From assembly GCF_006345805.1 (NCBI RefSeq), contig NW_021835989.1, positions 62,001 to 126,000 of the forward strand: a stretch of DNA of 64,000 bases, read 5' to 3'. The stretch is from Octopus sinensis (taxonomy: Eukaryota). A program made the position numbers and the translations under genes. Shown piece by piece: positions 9,930 through 22,571 of the stretch; the first letter of the stretch is position 1, and every line of letters begins with the position of its first letter. The notes under the pieces were generated by a model. That model was given only the letters and a program-made list of their open reading frames with translations, was not told where the DNA came from and ran no database searches.

Positions 9930-12900
9930 CAGTGGTTCTCAACCTGGGGTCCGCGGACCCCTTAGGGGTCCGCGAAAGATTCCAGGGGGTCCGCGAGATT
10001 TTTCTGAAACTTTATTTAAATGTTTCTATTTAATGATAACAATTTTAAATTAATATATAATAGAATTAAATCATAATTAATAATAATCATAATTAATATA
10101 TTATATTATTTATTTCAGGTGGTAGAACAAATAAAAACTTCATGCCATCAAAATTTCGCTATACAAGTTGATGAATTTAGAATGCCTGGGAATCCGGCCA
10201 GGGCTTTTGCGACAGGAAAGTGGATGGAGACCTTTCCGATCTACGACAGAACCACAGCGGCAAGTGTGTGGAAAGCAGATGTCCAGACCAAGTCTAAGAG
10301 AAATGCCAATCTGCACACTTTTTGGGTCCAGCAGGGTTCCCGTATTTCCGGAAGGGTATGCGTTGAGCCAAGCGCCACTCCATTCGGAGGATGCGGCCAA
10401 AAGACAAGCGCGCCGGTGTTGATCACAGGAGGATAATAGCGAATTGTATAACTGAAGAAACATTGTTTCCGTCCACGCCTTTGTATAGCAGGGATAGCAA
10501 GGAATGTCGAAGCCACGGGAAGACCAAACTTCGATACCATGAGAAAGCTCTTGGTCCAGAACGGATTCGGAATGGGGAGAAAGAATCCTAAGGACAAGCG
10601 GACTACAGCGGTATGACGAAGAAAGGTAGAAAGGGAGAGCCAAAACAGAAGGAGCTTGCAGACCTAGTCCGCCGTGACGGACTGGCAGGATCGCTTGTTG
10701 CCACCCGGCATCATCAAAATTGACATTAGTATTAGCCGAAATTGAGTTTCTTAGCAAAAGATCGAAGTGCTGAAGAGCACAATGATGGCGGTGACAAGGG
10801 GCGGACTGTAAGAAAAATTGTAACCGGGGGAAAGCAAGGAAATTTTTGATCAGGAAGAAGGCAGCATGTGCGTCGACTGTTTTAAGTGTGGCTATAGATT
10901 CTTGTATTTTTGTGAGCTTAAGCTCCAGGAAGGAAGGGATAGCCGAGGAAAAGATTGGGGAGCCAAGGACAATAAGATCAGAGGATGTAACAGCCTTGAT
11001 ATTAGGGAGAAGCGAATTAAATAATGGATAGATAGATGTGTTAAAATAATTGGGATCATAAGAGATGTTAAAAATCTCAGATTTCGAAGGGTTTATAGAC
11101 AGGCCAAGGGAAAAAGTGCGGGGATTATATTGTTCAGATCTTCGAGGATTGAGCATGCGGGGCCCCCGATGGTGGCATCGTCCAGATACCAGACGTTGAA
11201 CTCGGACTGGCATGCTTTAACGGCACTGTCAATAGCAAGAGAGAACAGGAGAGGGCCAAGAGGGTCCCCCTGTTGGACTCCGTTTTCAGAAGAGATGGCT
11301 GAAGAACCACAAATCAAAGAACTGGGGGAACCGTAGGACAGATCGACATAACGGTGAATTGATGGACACCGAGACAAGCAAGCATCTAATAAGGAATCAC
11401 GTCGGACGCTGTTGAAAGCGTTAGAAATATCCAGTTTGACAAGGACTCTGTTCGGTGTTGCTGTAGAGAGATACCGCCTGGCGGCGTGGACAGCCGCCTC
11501 ACAACCGGAAGGGACTCCGACTCCGACTTGAGTGGGGACGAAGTTTTTGCTCAGGTCGGGAGAAACAGACCAGCAGGCAATCTTGGACGCCAACCGACGA
11601 AAGACATTGCCAACCGCGATTGGGCGGACTCCACCATCCTTTTTCGAAAAGGGAAGAAGATTGGCCGAGAACAAGAGATTGCGAGCGAAGGGGGGGATGT
11701 CAGCAGCAAGCATTTGGTTTATAAGAGAATTTACGACATTGACAAGCCGCCTGCCCGATTCACCGATTACATGCGAAGCCGCCTGTAAAACATGCACTTG
11801 AAGCAGCCGGATTTCCCTGTCAGCTGGAGCCTCCTGGCCTTCTAAGGGAGGATGGTAAGAGACCTGACGGGGTCTCACTCTTTCCCTACAAGAACGGGAA
11901 AGCAATCGTCTGAGATGCGACATGCTCTGATACTTTCGCATCATCATGTCTTTCCTTGTCGGCGGTCGAGGCTGGCTCAGCAGCCAAGAGGGCGGAGACG
12001 AAGAAGGCATCTAAGTACGCCTCCCTGATGGACCGTTTCATCTTCGAACCGGTGTCAGTGGAAACTTCCGGTGTACTTGGCCCGTCTACTCTCCGTTTCC
12101 TCTCGAAGATCGGAAGGTCATTGGGAAGGGCAAGGAACGACCCCCGTGAACTGATGTGGCTTTTTGAGCGCATCTCTCTCGCAGTTCTAAGGGGGAACTG
12201 TTCCTCGATCCTCCTCTCGGCTGCGGTTCCGCCTCTTAATTAGTGATTTCTTTACCTTATAAACTGTCATTTTGAATAAAAAAAAAAAAAAAAAAAAAAA
12301 AAAAGTTGATGAATCCACCGATGAAGCGAACTGTGCTCAATTAATAATATTTGCTCGTTATGTCTATGACGGAGATTTTAAAGAGGAATTTTTATTTTCA
12401 TATTCGCTTGAATCGACCACTAAAGGAGAAGATATTTTTCAAGCAATGTATATGTTTTTTGACAGTGTTGGGTTATCTTGGAATAATGTATGTTGTTGCA
12501 CAACCGATGGAGCTCCAGCAATGCTTGGCTTTCATTCTGGCTTTAGAGACCAAGTTAGACTTGCTAACCAGGAAACGAAACATATGCATTGTATGCTACA
12601 TCGATATGCACTTTCTGCAAAAACATTACCTTCAGATTTAAGATATGTTCTCGATGATGTCGTACATATCATAAATTATATTAAAAAGAGTGCTTTAAAT
12701 TCGCGCATTTTCAGACTTATTTGCGAAGAATTTGAAAAGGATGGAAAGGCTTTGTTATTCCACACTGAGGTGAGATGGCTATCTCGGGGAAACATTCTTG
12801 CCAGAGTTTTTTCTTTGAGGAATGAATTATCTGAATATTTTATTCGCGAAAACAATTCCAAATCATCGGAATTTATTTCGAAATTAATGGATAGTTCATG

Positions 12901-13740
12901 GCTATCTAAACTTGCTTACTTGAGAGATGTCTTCTCTCGTATAAATTCACTCAACAAATTGCTTCAGGGAAGACATGAAACAATAATTGATTTTGTGGAT
13001 AAAATTAAGTTTGTTAACTGTTTCATATTAATTATTAGTGCTTTTTTGATGAAGTTAACACTGTGGAAAGAAAAAGTAAAACTAAATAATTTTACTATGT
13101 TTGAATCTTTTGAAGAACAATCTGTAAATATAGATGCATTTGAAATCAAAAAATAACCGAACTTATTTATGCACATTTAACATATCTTCAACAAGAAGTA
13201 AATAAATACTTTCCAGAATTGAACGAAATTGATTTGAAATTCATTCGTACACCATTCAGTGTTGATCCACGTTTGGTCGATGAAAATATCGAAGAGGCTT
13301 TTATTGACATGATCAATAATTCAAACGCAAGAGATTTGTATTAAAAACTTGCTTTATCAAGATTTTGGTGCGAAATGTATAAGCATTATCCTTCCGTAAG
13401 CGCAAATGCATTAAATTTGTTGCTTATATTCCCGACAACATATTTATGCGAACATGGCTTCTCAGCACTTCTCAATATAAAAAATAATCATCGCGCAAGA
13501 CTGAATATTGAAGATGACATCAGGGTTTGCTTGTCGACAACCGAGCCTCTTATTGAAAAAATTGCCTCGAAAAAACAATATCAACCTTCTCACTAATTTT
13601 CTCTATTGATTTAATAATAAATTTTGTTTTTAGATAAGTAAATTTTTTTTGACAAACAACTTAATAAATATGTAGGGGGTCCGCGAAATTTTTCATTTAC
13701 TCACAAGGGGTCCGCGGACAAAAAAGGTTGAGAACCACTG
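9930..13740 (+). mobile_element. hAT transposon (Charlie/Buster group), internally deleted and interrupted by a CRE element
   Basis: TIRs CAGTGGTTCTCAACCT / AGGTTGAGAACCACTG; flanks CCTTAGAT / CTTTAGAC match 6 of 8. Transposase motifs QVDESTD, TTDGAPAM, HCMLHRYAL, TEVRWLSRG, TTYLCEHGFS. Confidence 0.9.
10177..12302. mobile_element. CRE-clade (RLE) non-LTR retrotransposon with an inverted 5' portion
   Basis: Minus strand, ~10177-11783: RT (KKDGGVRPIAVG, GVQQGDPLGP, WYLDD) and CCHC knuckle. Plus strand, ~11784-12302: RLE (GKRPDG) then poly(A). 12-bp TSD AAGTTGATGAAT. Confidence 0.92.
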
Positions 13741-13889
13741 CTTTAGACACTTCCATAGCTGATTTGGACAATAACGGTGACGTCCAACAAAACTTTGAGA
13801 ATGAATCGAGGCCAACCAAAAGCCACGCGTAATTTTCGTTCTCATGAGCATAATGACGTAAATCGATTAGATCAAAAATATATCTAACA

Positions 13890-14210
13890 TTAGACTAAAT
13901 AGTGATACCTTTCTCTCACGCTATAGGCTCTTATTGGCTTAATTGCAGGTCTGGTGTTCATAAGCTTTCTCGCCTGACATTGGCAGCATGATTTGAGAAC
14001 TGACATAACCTCATTCCGACAAGACCCATAGACAGTATCTTTAAGGAGAAAAAGTAGCTTGTCTCGACCTGGATGTCCATTTTTTAAATGGAGATTTTCA
14101 ATAAAAAGTTTCTTTTCTTCTACTTCCTCGAGAGCGAAGGTACGTAGTAAAATTCCCGAAGTTTTGAAGTAAAGATTATAATTTTCTAATCCAATTCCAA
14201 AAAATTTCAC
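13890..14210 (-). pseudogene. Ginger/gypsy-type integrase N-terminal (HHCC) relic
   Basis: HLKNGHPGRDKL...CCQCQAR...PAIKPIRAYSVRER. Confidence 0.7.
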
Positions 14211-15664
14211 AAATTTCGTTAATTTGAAAAAATACTACGCAATATATTATTTTTAGCTGATTTGAATCTATATTTTATTGAGTAATAAAAATTTATAGTA
14301 GCATTTTTTAAGCATCTATAATCTTTTTAGGACAATCTTCGTCTCTTATGCCCAACTATCATAGTCGGTACATAGAGGTCCTCGTCCACTCGTATTCCTG
14401 ATTCAGAAGAATCCTTCGGTTGACACTCAATCACTGCTTGCTCCTCATCGGGAACCGATATTCCATGTCTTGTCTCCACCTGCATACTCTTCAATGTTTT
14501 TCAGCTGATTTGAATATTAATATATTGAAAATGAAAAAAAATTATTTCATGTTACATATAACTTTTATTTCATGTTTGTAAGCTAAATTTTCATTTATTT
14601 AATTAACTATACAGAACTGTGTTTTGTACGGAATTTTGTCATAAATTCATTGAAAAAATTCATTTATAGTTTAATAAAAGTATTCTAGATCTGGATATTG
14701 TTAGACACCTTTACGCTTTTTGGGATTGCGATGAGTAAATTTGTCTGTAATAAACTATTAAGGAATTTTTCATTCAATAAAATAGGATCACGTGTTTAGT
14801 TTATCTTGTGTAGAGTTTGCCATCTCCACAGTGTCGATTATTTTGTCACTTCCATAACTGGCATACATTGTGTGGATATTACAATTATATTCAAACATTC
14901 TATCATTTAATACAGCCGAGAACACAGCACTGATTTTACTTAGTGCCGCTAATATCGGCAAACATTATTGAACATTACTTTTATGTTCAACATAATGAGA
15001 CGCTGTTAAATATTAATTTATTGAATATGGTCATACTATTTGGAGTGTTTAATTTTATTGAGACGGAGTTCAATAATCTCACTAGAAATTTTTTCAAGCT
15101 CATTTTTAAAAAGAAATATTTAAAACTTGTATTCTTTTGTGCATTCTTGAAAAAACACATAGACGAGTAACTGACAGCATAATAAAATTCACAGCTAAAA
15201 TAATTATCGTTCTATTTTTGAATCTTCTAAACTCTTAAATTCGTAAGAAATAACGTTAAAATGGACAATTAATATTAAATTCCAAAATAGGGGTATCTTT
15301 CTAAAATCTAAAAAATATGAATCGAATGTAATACCCAGGAAAAAGGAATCATTGATCGGAGAGTAGGGGCTAAAATCTATTAAGTCGGCGATGTATCACC
15401 GGGTCTCTCAGAGATTATAAGAGTAATTTGAGGCTTTTTATCTATCAATTTCTTCGACTAAAAATATAGATCAAAAAACTCTAATCTGATGAGCCAAAGC
15501 TCGTCATTATTTTGGAAAACGAAACCGAGATGGAGCATGAAACTAAATCTCTACATAAACATTCACACACAATTTTGCTTGCTTGTACATTAAAACTTCA
15601 AAATGTCTCCCAGGTTTCAGCTAAATCTTTTAGATTGAAAAATGTTTTCAGCTTTAAATTATAC

Positions 15665-15990
15665 TTACAAATGGATTTTACCAGTCATCGATGTTTATGG
15701 TAGGTTAGTAGGTTTTTAAACAATTTATTCAGATTTGCATTTGTCAGACCACATTTTCATAAATTTTCAAAAGAAGTATGCAACAATTTAAGATCGCATT
15801 TCTACCTACATGGACGTTTCAAAATTTTGCAATCGAATAATGTCTCAGAATTTAAAAATGTGACTCTAAGAAATCTTTGTGAAGAGTTCAACATAGTTCA
15901 GAGTTCACGGCTTATCCCTCGATATCTTTCGAAAGGACCATTTGGATAAAGAAATGTACATGGGATATAAAACCAGAAAGCTTGTTGCGT
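15665..15990 (+). pseudogene. Ginger-like integrase core relic with a 29-nt intron
   Basis: YKWILPVIDVYGR|FAFVRP...ILQSNNVSEFKN after removing the GT-AG intron 15704-15732; the second catalytic D reads N. Confidence 0.7.
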
Positions 15991-16199
15991 AAAAATGATG
16001 GTATCGAAGCAAATAGGTGCAATTTTTACCTTCATTGAATTATCGAAAAAAATGAAAACTTACTGTGTTCATGTCATCATTTAATAAAAATTATATAACA
16101 ATAAATGTCAACATAACTTCAACATGAACAAAATTAATAAATATAATAAAAGGCACGTTTAAAACAGTTTTCACCACTCACACAGCAGACTGAGTAAAG

Positions 16200-17530
16200 A
16201 CAGTCAAAATACAGGAAGAATGCAACACTCTTACAAAATAGTTCAGTTTAAAAAAATTTTATTGTTTTCTACACAAGATAAATCCATCGTAGTAAAAAAT
16301 GAAGGATTAAACAAAGTAACATCCATTCCGATTCCCATTACTGGACCGACAAAACAATTTCCCTCTTCTCTTCTATAAATCGGATATTTCACATTAATTG
16401 TAGATTCATTATCTGGATAAAGTGACAAACATGTTTCACCCAACTGTTCAAAACATAAAAGGCAAAATTGAATACAAAATGATAGAAATCAACACCGTTT
16501 CTAAAAAACAAAATAATTTGTGCAATCAAAAGTCAATATATCAACAAACAGACCATTCGGATCTCTTCAAAGCCAGTATAAGCCGGAAATTTGAAAATTC
16601 TGTCAGTATAAGCAACAAAACAAGAAGCCTCCTGAAAAGCCAGTACATCTGTACGGTAGAAAGTAAAATAATTTGTTTCAATATCAAATACACAGATTAT
16701 ATACGAGGTGGGTATTTCCGGGGAGTAAATATGACCATGTTAAACAATTCGTTTCCTAATAAAAATGACGGAATATTTCGTGGCGACTTTCAAAAAAAGC
16801 AATTAGAATTTATTCCAACATTTATCTCGTATTTTAGACAAATCGACAGTTGCATGCAAAAACTGGTTTATTTCTGGAGAAAAACGAGATTCTCTTAACA
16901 CCTTGATGCACGTGAGCACAATAAAAAGATCCTCTCCGTCCACATCAAAATCCTTAATTTTGCCATTAGACGTCGGCGGTGGTAGAACTGTGCCACATAC
17001 TTCAACATTAATCCACTTTTCCGGAATTTTTAAAGAAAGGGAATCAAAAATATTGGGATATATGTTCTGATAGCATCCTCCGAAATGATAAATAATGTCC
17101 ACTGCTTTACTAATGTTTTACAAAATACAAATATCAAATTTTCTGAGATGCATTTATGGAACAAGACCCAAACAGATTTGATTTTTTGTAAAGGTTGAGT
17201 TAAAATAATGAGTTGATAGAACGGTCTTTTGTTTGGCCTCATGAATTTGATTGGCAACTGTAACTGCTGGAAACTGCAGAAAGAGGCTGTTTATTGCATT
17301 AGAGTGGGAAATTGTGCATAAAATTAGTTTTTATGTGAACAATCAGAGAAGATCGAAACAATTGTAAAGAAGTGTATTGGGGAAATATTAAATTCCATGA
17401 TTATTGTATTTTGAGTTGCGCATTGATAGAACGAAACGGACAACTTTTACGCACATTTGACCTAAGTACATCTGGAAGTGTTTAAATCGTTAGGAATGGA
17501 GCTTATGACACCGCAAAGAATAGTTTTCTA
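16200..17530 (-). CDS. Hypothetical multi-exon protein, family not recognised
   Basis: Several consecutive open, protein-like segments (e.g. 16803-17102, 16243-16443); exon structure not resolved. Confidence 0.3.
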
Positions 17531-17734
17531 GAAAATACATTTCATTTTTTAACATAATTTACACTTTGTACAAATTTGTCGAGAAATGCTTTAAAATAAC
17601 ACAAAATTAAGAATTTAATCTTAGAAACACAAGAAAAAACACATTCATAAATCATTTTAATTAATTAGAAATACAATCAAGGTCTAAATCCACACAAATG
17701 ACATCTCCACTCACCTAAGGAATAAAATACATTA

Positions 17735-18215
17735 AATACAATCAGGAGGCTGAAGGAGTTCCGGTCTGAGACAATAAATGTAGTGCCCCTAATCACAATC
17801 ATCACAAAACAACAATTTATCCTGGACATTCACACACTCCAACTTACATTATTGTTTGACGTCCCACACACAGTACACGACTTGCACTCAATGTACTGCC
17901 AGAAATACGTTTTTATGAACATTCTTTGGACCATGTTGTCCACAAAGTTAAGATCAATCGGATGAACTACCCTCACTACGCAGATCTTCTATAATTACAA
18001 CATTTCAACAGTTCCTCGGCCTTCCCAGAACAACTGGTCGTCGTCCCGAGACAAAAGTCGCAGTAAAGTCCACCCTCTTCCTCAGTATTACATTTAGTCC
18101 TCACAAGGACTACTCTTTTCGGTCTCTTTTTGCTTGAAAACTCCTCCAAGTCTAAAGAAGGACTCTCCTCGTTACTCGACGACTCCTTCAAAGCACGAGT
18201 CTCCTTTTCCACCGC
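17735..18215 (-). pseudogene. DPF/d4 (BAF45-type) double-PHD pseudogene fragment
   Basis: YCDFCLG...AEELLKC...IKTYFWQYIECKSCTVCGTSNNN|DKLLFCDDCD*GHYIYCLRP; one intron retained, nonsense codons, 5' end cut by a LINE tail. Confidence 0.85.
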
Positions 18216-18224
18216 GGTGGTTGA

Positions 18225-19544
18225 AGATTTATTTTATTTTTTGTTTTGTTTAACCACCAAGACCACTGTAAAAACCAAACAAACGTCACGTGATCGCGAT
18301 GCACTCGACCAGGGATCTCATCCTCGCTCGGTGATTTTTCCACGAGCCCACACAAGATCGCTCCGGGCGGCTGGCCGCGTTTGACGGGGCATTTGCAAAC
18401 GGACAGAGGTTCAGCTTGATCAGGTCTTTCAGAGGAGCCGGACAAGGGCGTTCGTTATCGTGCGACCAACGATCGGTTAATCTGTGGGCTCTTTATTGGA
18501 CCTCCTAGATTCGCCTCCTGTTGGACCACGATAACCGAGGACCACATGATCCACAGGGGTAGGAAATTGACGGTTCGAAGTATTGGCCGTAAATATTCGC
18601 CAGGAACCGGCTGTGAACCGTTTTTCCATAAGCCGGATAGGGTTCACATTTGCGAAGGAGGTTGTCTGCGTGTGGGGAGAAGCAGAAGTGCATGTCGAGG
18701 GTTACCCCTAGGACCGTCTGACTTCTGTAGAAGGGTACGGACGCATTGTTCAGCTTCAAGTCTACTGAAGTCTTTCCCAATCTTTGGTCAGATGTAAAAA
18801 GGGACTTGGCGGACTTTGCCGCGTTTACTAGAAGTCGGTTGTCAGTTAGCCATAGGTTCAGCCGATCCAGGTTAGTTTGGAGCCTTTCAGAGGCCTTCTG
18901 GATGTCCCGTGAGGCTATTACGATATCATCCGCATATGAGAGGACAATATCATTATTGTCGAAGGAGGGCGGGAGATCTTCCATGAAAAAGTTGAAAAGG
19001 GCCGGGGATAAGGGGGTACTCTGTTGGGCAGGAGACGAGACGTGGACTTCAGTCCTCCGAAGCACACCCTTTCCCTTCGTTCACTTAAAAGTTAGTGATC
19101 CATAGTTTGAGTTTCGGCGGAAATTTAGTTTGGAATATCTTCCTTGATAAGAGCTTCTTCAAGACAGAGTCGAAGGCTTTGTGAATGTCTACGGAGCAAA
19201 GTAAGGTCTCTTGGTGCTTCGGTTTGCTTGCAAAACCGGTACAAATGAAATCCGACAATGACTGTAAGTATGAAGACGTGGACCTGCCTTTTTGAACCTA
19301 TGCTGAAAATGTCTTCTGAGTAAAAATTCTTCTATTCTTCCAAGAACCAGCCTTTCCAGGATTTTTGACATGAAACATAACAGAAAAACCGGCCTGACGA
19401 TGACTGATATAGGGTATTGTCCACGTGCACGAAAGATTTAGTTTGGAGATTAAGAGGCAGTCGGATGTATTTGGAGGGTTTATATTCAATGGTTCCGTTT
19501 AGTTTGGAACTAAGGACGTCGTTTTTGGTTTTCCAGATAGCATA
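18225..19544 (-). mobile_element. Decayed LINE (RT and 3' end with an A-rich tail)
   Basis: SKILERL, LSPALFNFFMEDLP, YADD; tail TTAAACAAAACAAAAAATAAAATAAAT; a Tc1 is inserted at its upstream end. Confidence 0.85.
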
Positions 19545-21013
19545 CAGTGGGCGCAAAAAAAATCCGGTTTTCTAATTTCTCTATTTTTTTATATTGTGCG
19601 ATATAATATTTTTTTTTAATCTTAAATTTTAGTGAAAAGTAACTCTTATTTTTTTATTTTGATTATTTTCATTATTTTTTTCAAGAGATATTTCCAATTT
19701 AAATTTACAATGCGCAAAAAAAACCCGGTTTTTTAAAAAAATGTCAAATTAATATTTAATATGCCGTCCTTTAGCCATAAAAACATCGTACACCCTTCTC
19801 GGCATGCTGTTTATGAGTTTCTGTATTAGATCTTTCGGCATATTTTCCCAAATTTCGATAATTTTATCTTTCAGCTCATGCATATTTTTTGGAGGATTTT
19901 CGTACAATTTACTTTTAATATATGCCCAAAGATGTTCTATTGGATTTAAATCTGGCGATTGCGGTGCCCAATCCAATAGTTTGACGCTTCTTTCGGCAAA
20001 GAAATCTTTCGTGATCTTTGATGTGTGTGGAGGAGCCATGTCTTGTTGGAATATGAATTCATTCAAGCACATTTTCGCAGCGGACTCCCACAGATTATTT
20101 GATAATATGTTCACATAAGTTGCTGAGTTCATAGTTCCATTTATAAATACTAGATTGCCTACTCCATAATACCCGAAACATCCCCACACCATTATTTTTC
20201 CCCCTCCAAATTTAACAGTTGGAGATAAGTGCGATTTTTCTAGACGTGTGTTGTTTTTCCTATAACAAAATTCCTTTTTTTTGTGATTAAAAATTTCGAA
20301 ACAGCATTCATCACTAAAAATAGTTGATTTCCATGACGTCATATTCAGTGCGATAAATTTTTTTGACAAGGAATATCGTTTTTCGATATTAATTTTAGAC
20401 AGATACGGTTTTTTTTGACACACACGTGAATATATTTCCTTTTGTTTCAGATAATTCCCAATTGTTCGTTTTGAGACGATTTTTCCTGTCAAAGAATGAA
20501 GATCCTTTGACAGGCAACGGGAAGATTTTTTCGGATTGTCAGAAACAAGCGTCAATAAAGTATTTATATCATCATTATTTAATGTCCTAGGTCTTCCAGA
20601 ACCGGACAGTCTCTGTGTTGTTCCATATTTTTTGTATTTACGTATGTAATCTCCCACTGTTGATCTGGGAATTTCTACTTCTTCTGAAATTTGTTTATAT
20701 GTCCAATTAAGGAAATAAAGTTGAATAATTTGTCCTTTCACAATTTCTGAAATACACGACATCCAACAACAACAAAAATGACAACAATTTCAAATTTTTG
20801 AGAATAAAAGACTCAATAATTAAAAAAACCGAGTTTTTTTTGCGCATTTTAAAATTAAATTCAAGATATCTCTATGAAAAATAAAAAAATACTTAAAATT
20901 AAAAACATACTCGATTTACATTTCAAAATGATACTAAATTAAAAAAAAATAATATAAAATTTATATTGAAAAATTCGAAAAATAAGAAAACCGGATTTTT
21001 TTTGCGCCCACTG
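19545..21013 (-). mobile_element. Full-length Tc1 transposon with IR/DR-type ends
   Basis: TIR CAGTGGGCGCAAAAAAAATCCGGTTTTC; TA TSD at 19543-19544 and 21014-21015; inner copies of the terminal motif at ~19711 and ~20822. Confidence 0.95.
19749..20762 (-). CDS. Intact 337-aa DD34E Tc1 transposase
   Basis: Uninterrupted ORF with HTH region, IFSDE, FQQD and SPDLNPIEHLW; 34 residues between the second D and the E. Confidence 0.95.
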   Translation of the reverse strand: MSCISEIVKGQIIQLYFLNWTYKQISEEVEIPRSTVGDYIRKYKKYGTTQRLSGSGRPRTLNNDDINTLLTLVSDNPKKSSRCLSKDLHSLTGKIVSKRTIGNYLKQKEIYSRVCQKKPYLSKINIEKRYSLSKKFIALNMTSWKSTIFSDECCFEIFNHKKKEFCYRKNNTRLEKSHLSPTVKFGGGKIMVWGCFGYYGVGNLVFINGTMNSATYVNILSNNLWESAAKMCLNEFIFQQDMAPPHTSKITKDFFAERSVKLLDWAPQSPDLNPIEHLWAYIKSKLYENPPKNMHELKDKIIEIWENMPKDLIQKLINSMPRRVYDVFMAKGRHIKY

Positions 21014-21294
21014 TAGTCATATTAGTATATGCAGGTGAGTCGGTAGAAAAAGGGCAGGGAGGCTTCACGATCCTCAACAACTTTGAATTGAAGTAACAGG
21101 CGGAATTTACTAGGTTAACTACATGCCATTTTTTAGTGTTGTTGGATCGATTTTGTTGACTTTATGGAGGTCAATTTTTGATTTTTTAGGTCAATTTTAT
21201 GGTTGCTCTAGTTATGACCTGAGATGAAGTTGTCAAAAAATGCTTGCAAAATTAAATGGATAAATTATCTATTGGAGAAGCAACATATATCTAA

Positions 21295-21690
21295 TTGCTC
21301 AATGCACTCCCTACCCCTAGTACGGGACATCTCTTGGACGACGAATCCTTACGGATTGGTGTCTGCTTACGCTTGGGCCTGGACATCTGTCAGCCCCACC
21401 CATGCCGGTGCGGGTCCACGATCTCTCCGAACGGTTTGCACGCCCTCTCGTGCAAGAAGAGTGCTGGCAGAATTCCTCGCCACACTCACCTCAATGACGT
21501 CGTGAAAAGGGCTCTAGAGTCGGCAGGTTTCCCCTCCACTCTAGAGCCAGTCGGTCTCTGCCGGAGTGATTTCGACTCAACTACGCCCCGCTGCATATTG
21601 GATGGTTTCTGCGGAGTATAGCGACCGAGACTTGAAAAAGCCAGCTCGTCTCCCTCCGGTCGCTTGCTAGTTAAGAATGACTTTTTCAAG
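21295..21690. mobile_element. Two tail-to-tail CRE fragments (+ strand CCHC region; - strand 3' end)
   Basis: + strand: [42 protein letters not shown]. - strand: DRRETSWLFQ..VAILRRN. Confidence 0.8.
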
Positions 21691-21697
21691 TTAAGAG

Positions 21698-21935
21698 TTA
21701 CTTAAGATCCCGCAAAGATTCTAGGTCGTCCCAGTTTTTGAAACTTTTGCCATGAAGTCTGAGATCCCTTTCCAGAACTGCCGGAAGAGTGGATCTAGGT
21801 CTTCCACGATATTTGTCTCCATGTTTGGAGAAATAATCGTCCATTGGCCGGAGCTCTGGGGTCCATTCGCAAAATATGGCCAAATAATTTCCGCCGGCCT
21901 CCAACGATTTCTTGAGACAACGGCGTAGCATCGTA
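21698..21935 (-). mobile_element. RTE-like LINE 3' end fragment
   Basis: LFGHILRMDPRAPAN and YRGRPRSTLPAVLERDL motifs. Confidence 0.7.
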
Positions 21936-22125
21936 ATGTTTATACAGAGATAGATTGTTAATTTTATAACACAAGCAAAACAATCTTAAGAATGACATAT
22001 ATTAGATAACAAAAAACCTAAAATGTCTTGGATATTTTTTGTTATCGATTTATCAAATTGAAAAGCAAAAAGATATTAATAATATATTAATTAATTTCTT
22101 CAAAAAACAATTATTTTGGGTTTTA

Positions 22126-22564
22126 GTCCCCTTGGCTGAAGACTAAGCTATGGATAATGGATTCGGATGGTCGTGAGTTCGATTCCGAAGGAGGACAGTT
22201 TTCAACCCGGGGCTAATTCTCGTTATCGTTCCCCTGCCCGTGAGGCAACGAGTACTTCTGGCACGACACAGTTGGAAATGGGGATCTCTTTACCTTCCGG
22301 GCTTAGCGTGGCGTTACGGGGTCCACCATGTCAGTTGGAAATTCCTTCGGATATGGCAACGCTCAGGAGGCACTTAATGCCTTCCGAAAAAGGACTCTTA
22401 GCTTCTCAGACCCTGGGACATCGTCGTCTCAGGCCGATCTTCCGGGAAGGATTGAACCTTTCAGAAGGATCTCCCTCGTTTGGATCGGCGATCACGGGAT
22501 TAACTATAATTAACTGGCTTTCCCGTATTGGTCTTTAAATAATAAATAATAATAATAATAATAA
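22126..22564 (+). mobile_element. tRNA-derived SINE (~440 bp)
   Basis: The 71-nt head has an A-box-like TGGCTGAAG, a B-box GAGTTCGATTCC and partly paired ends (GTCCCCT...AGGAGGAC); (TAA)n tail. No TSD identified. Confidence 0.7.
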
Positions 22565-22571
22565 GTGGTGC

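Noticed and set aside
10168-11801. Plus-strand ORFs over the CRE and other antisense ORFs in the track (e.g. 19804-20118, 5133-5375, 53608-54009)
   Set aside because: They are shadows of real reading frames on the opposite strand.
15484-15545. Hammerhead-like CTGATGAG...GAAAC
   Set aside because: Stem II needs a 4-nt bulge next to the core, and I found no complementary strands for stems I and III or a cleavage triplet.
21295-21690. A second twin-priming event
   Set aside because: The geometry is tail-to-tail, with no poly(A) or TSD in the required positions. The same applies to 44686-46150.
22126-22196. Functional tRNA gene
   Set aside because: The acceptor, D and anticodon arms pair poorly, and the sequence continues into a SINE-like body and tail.
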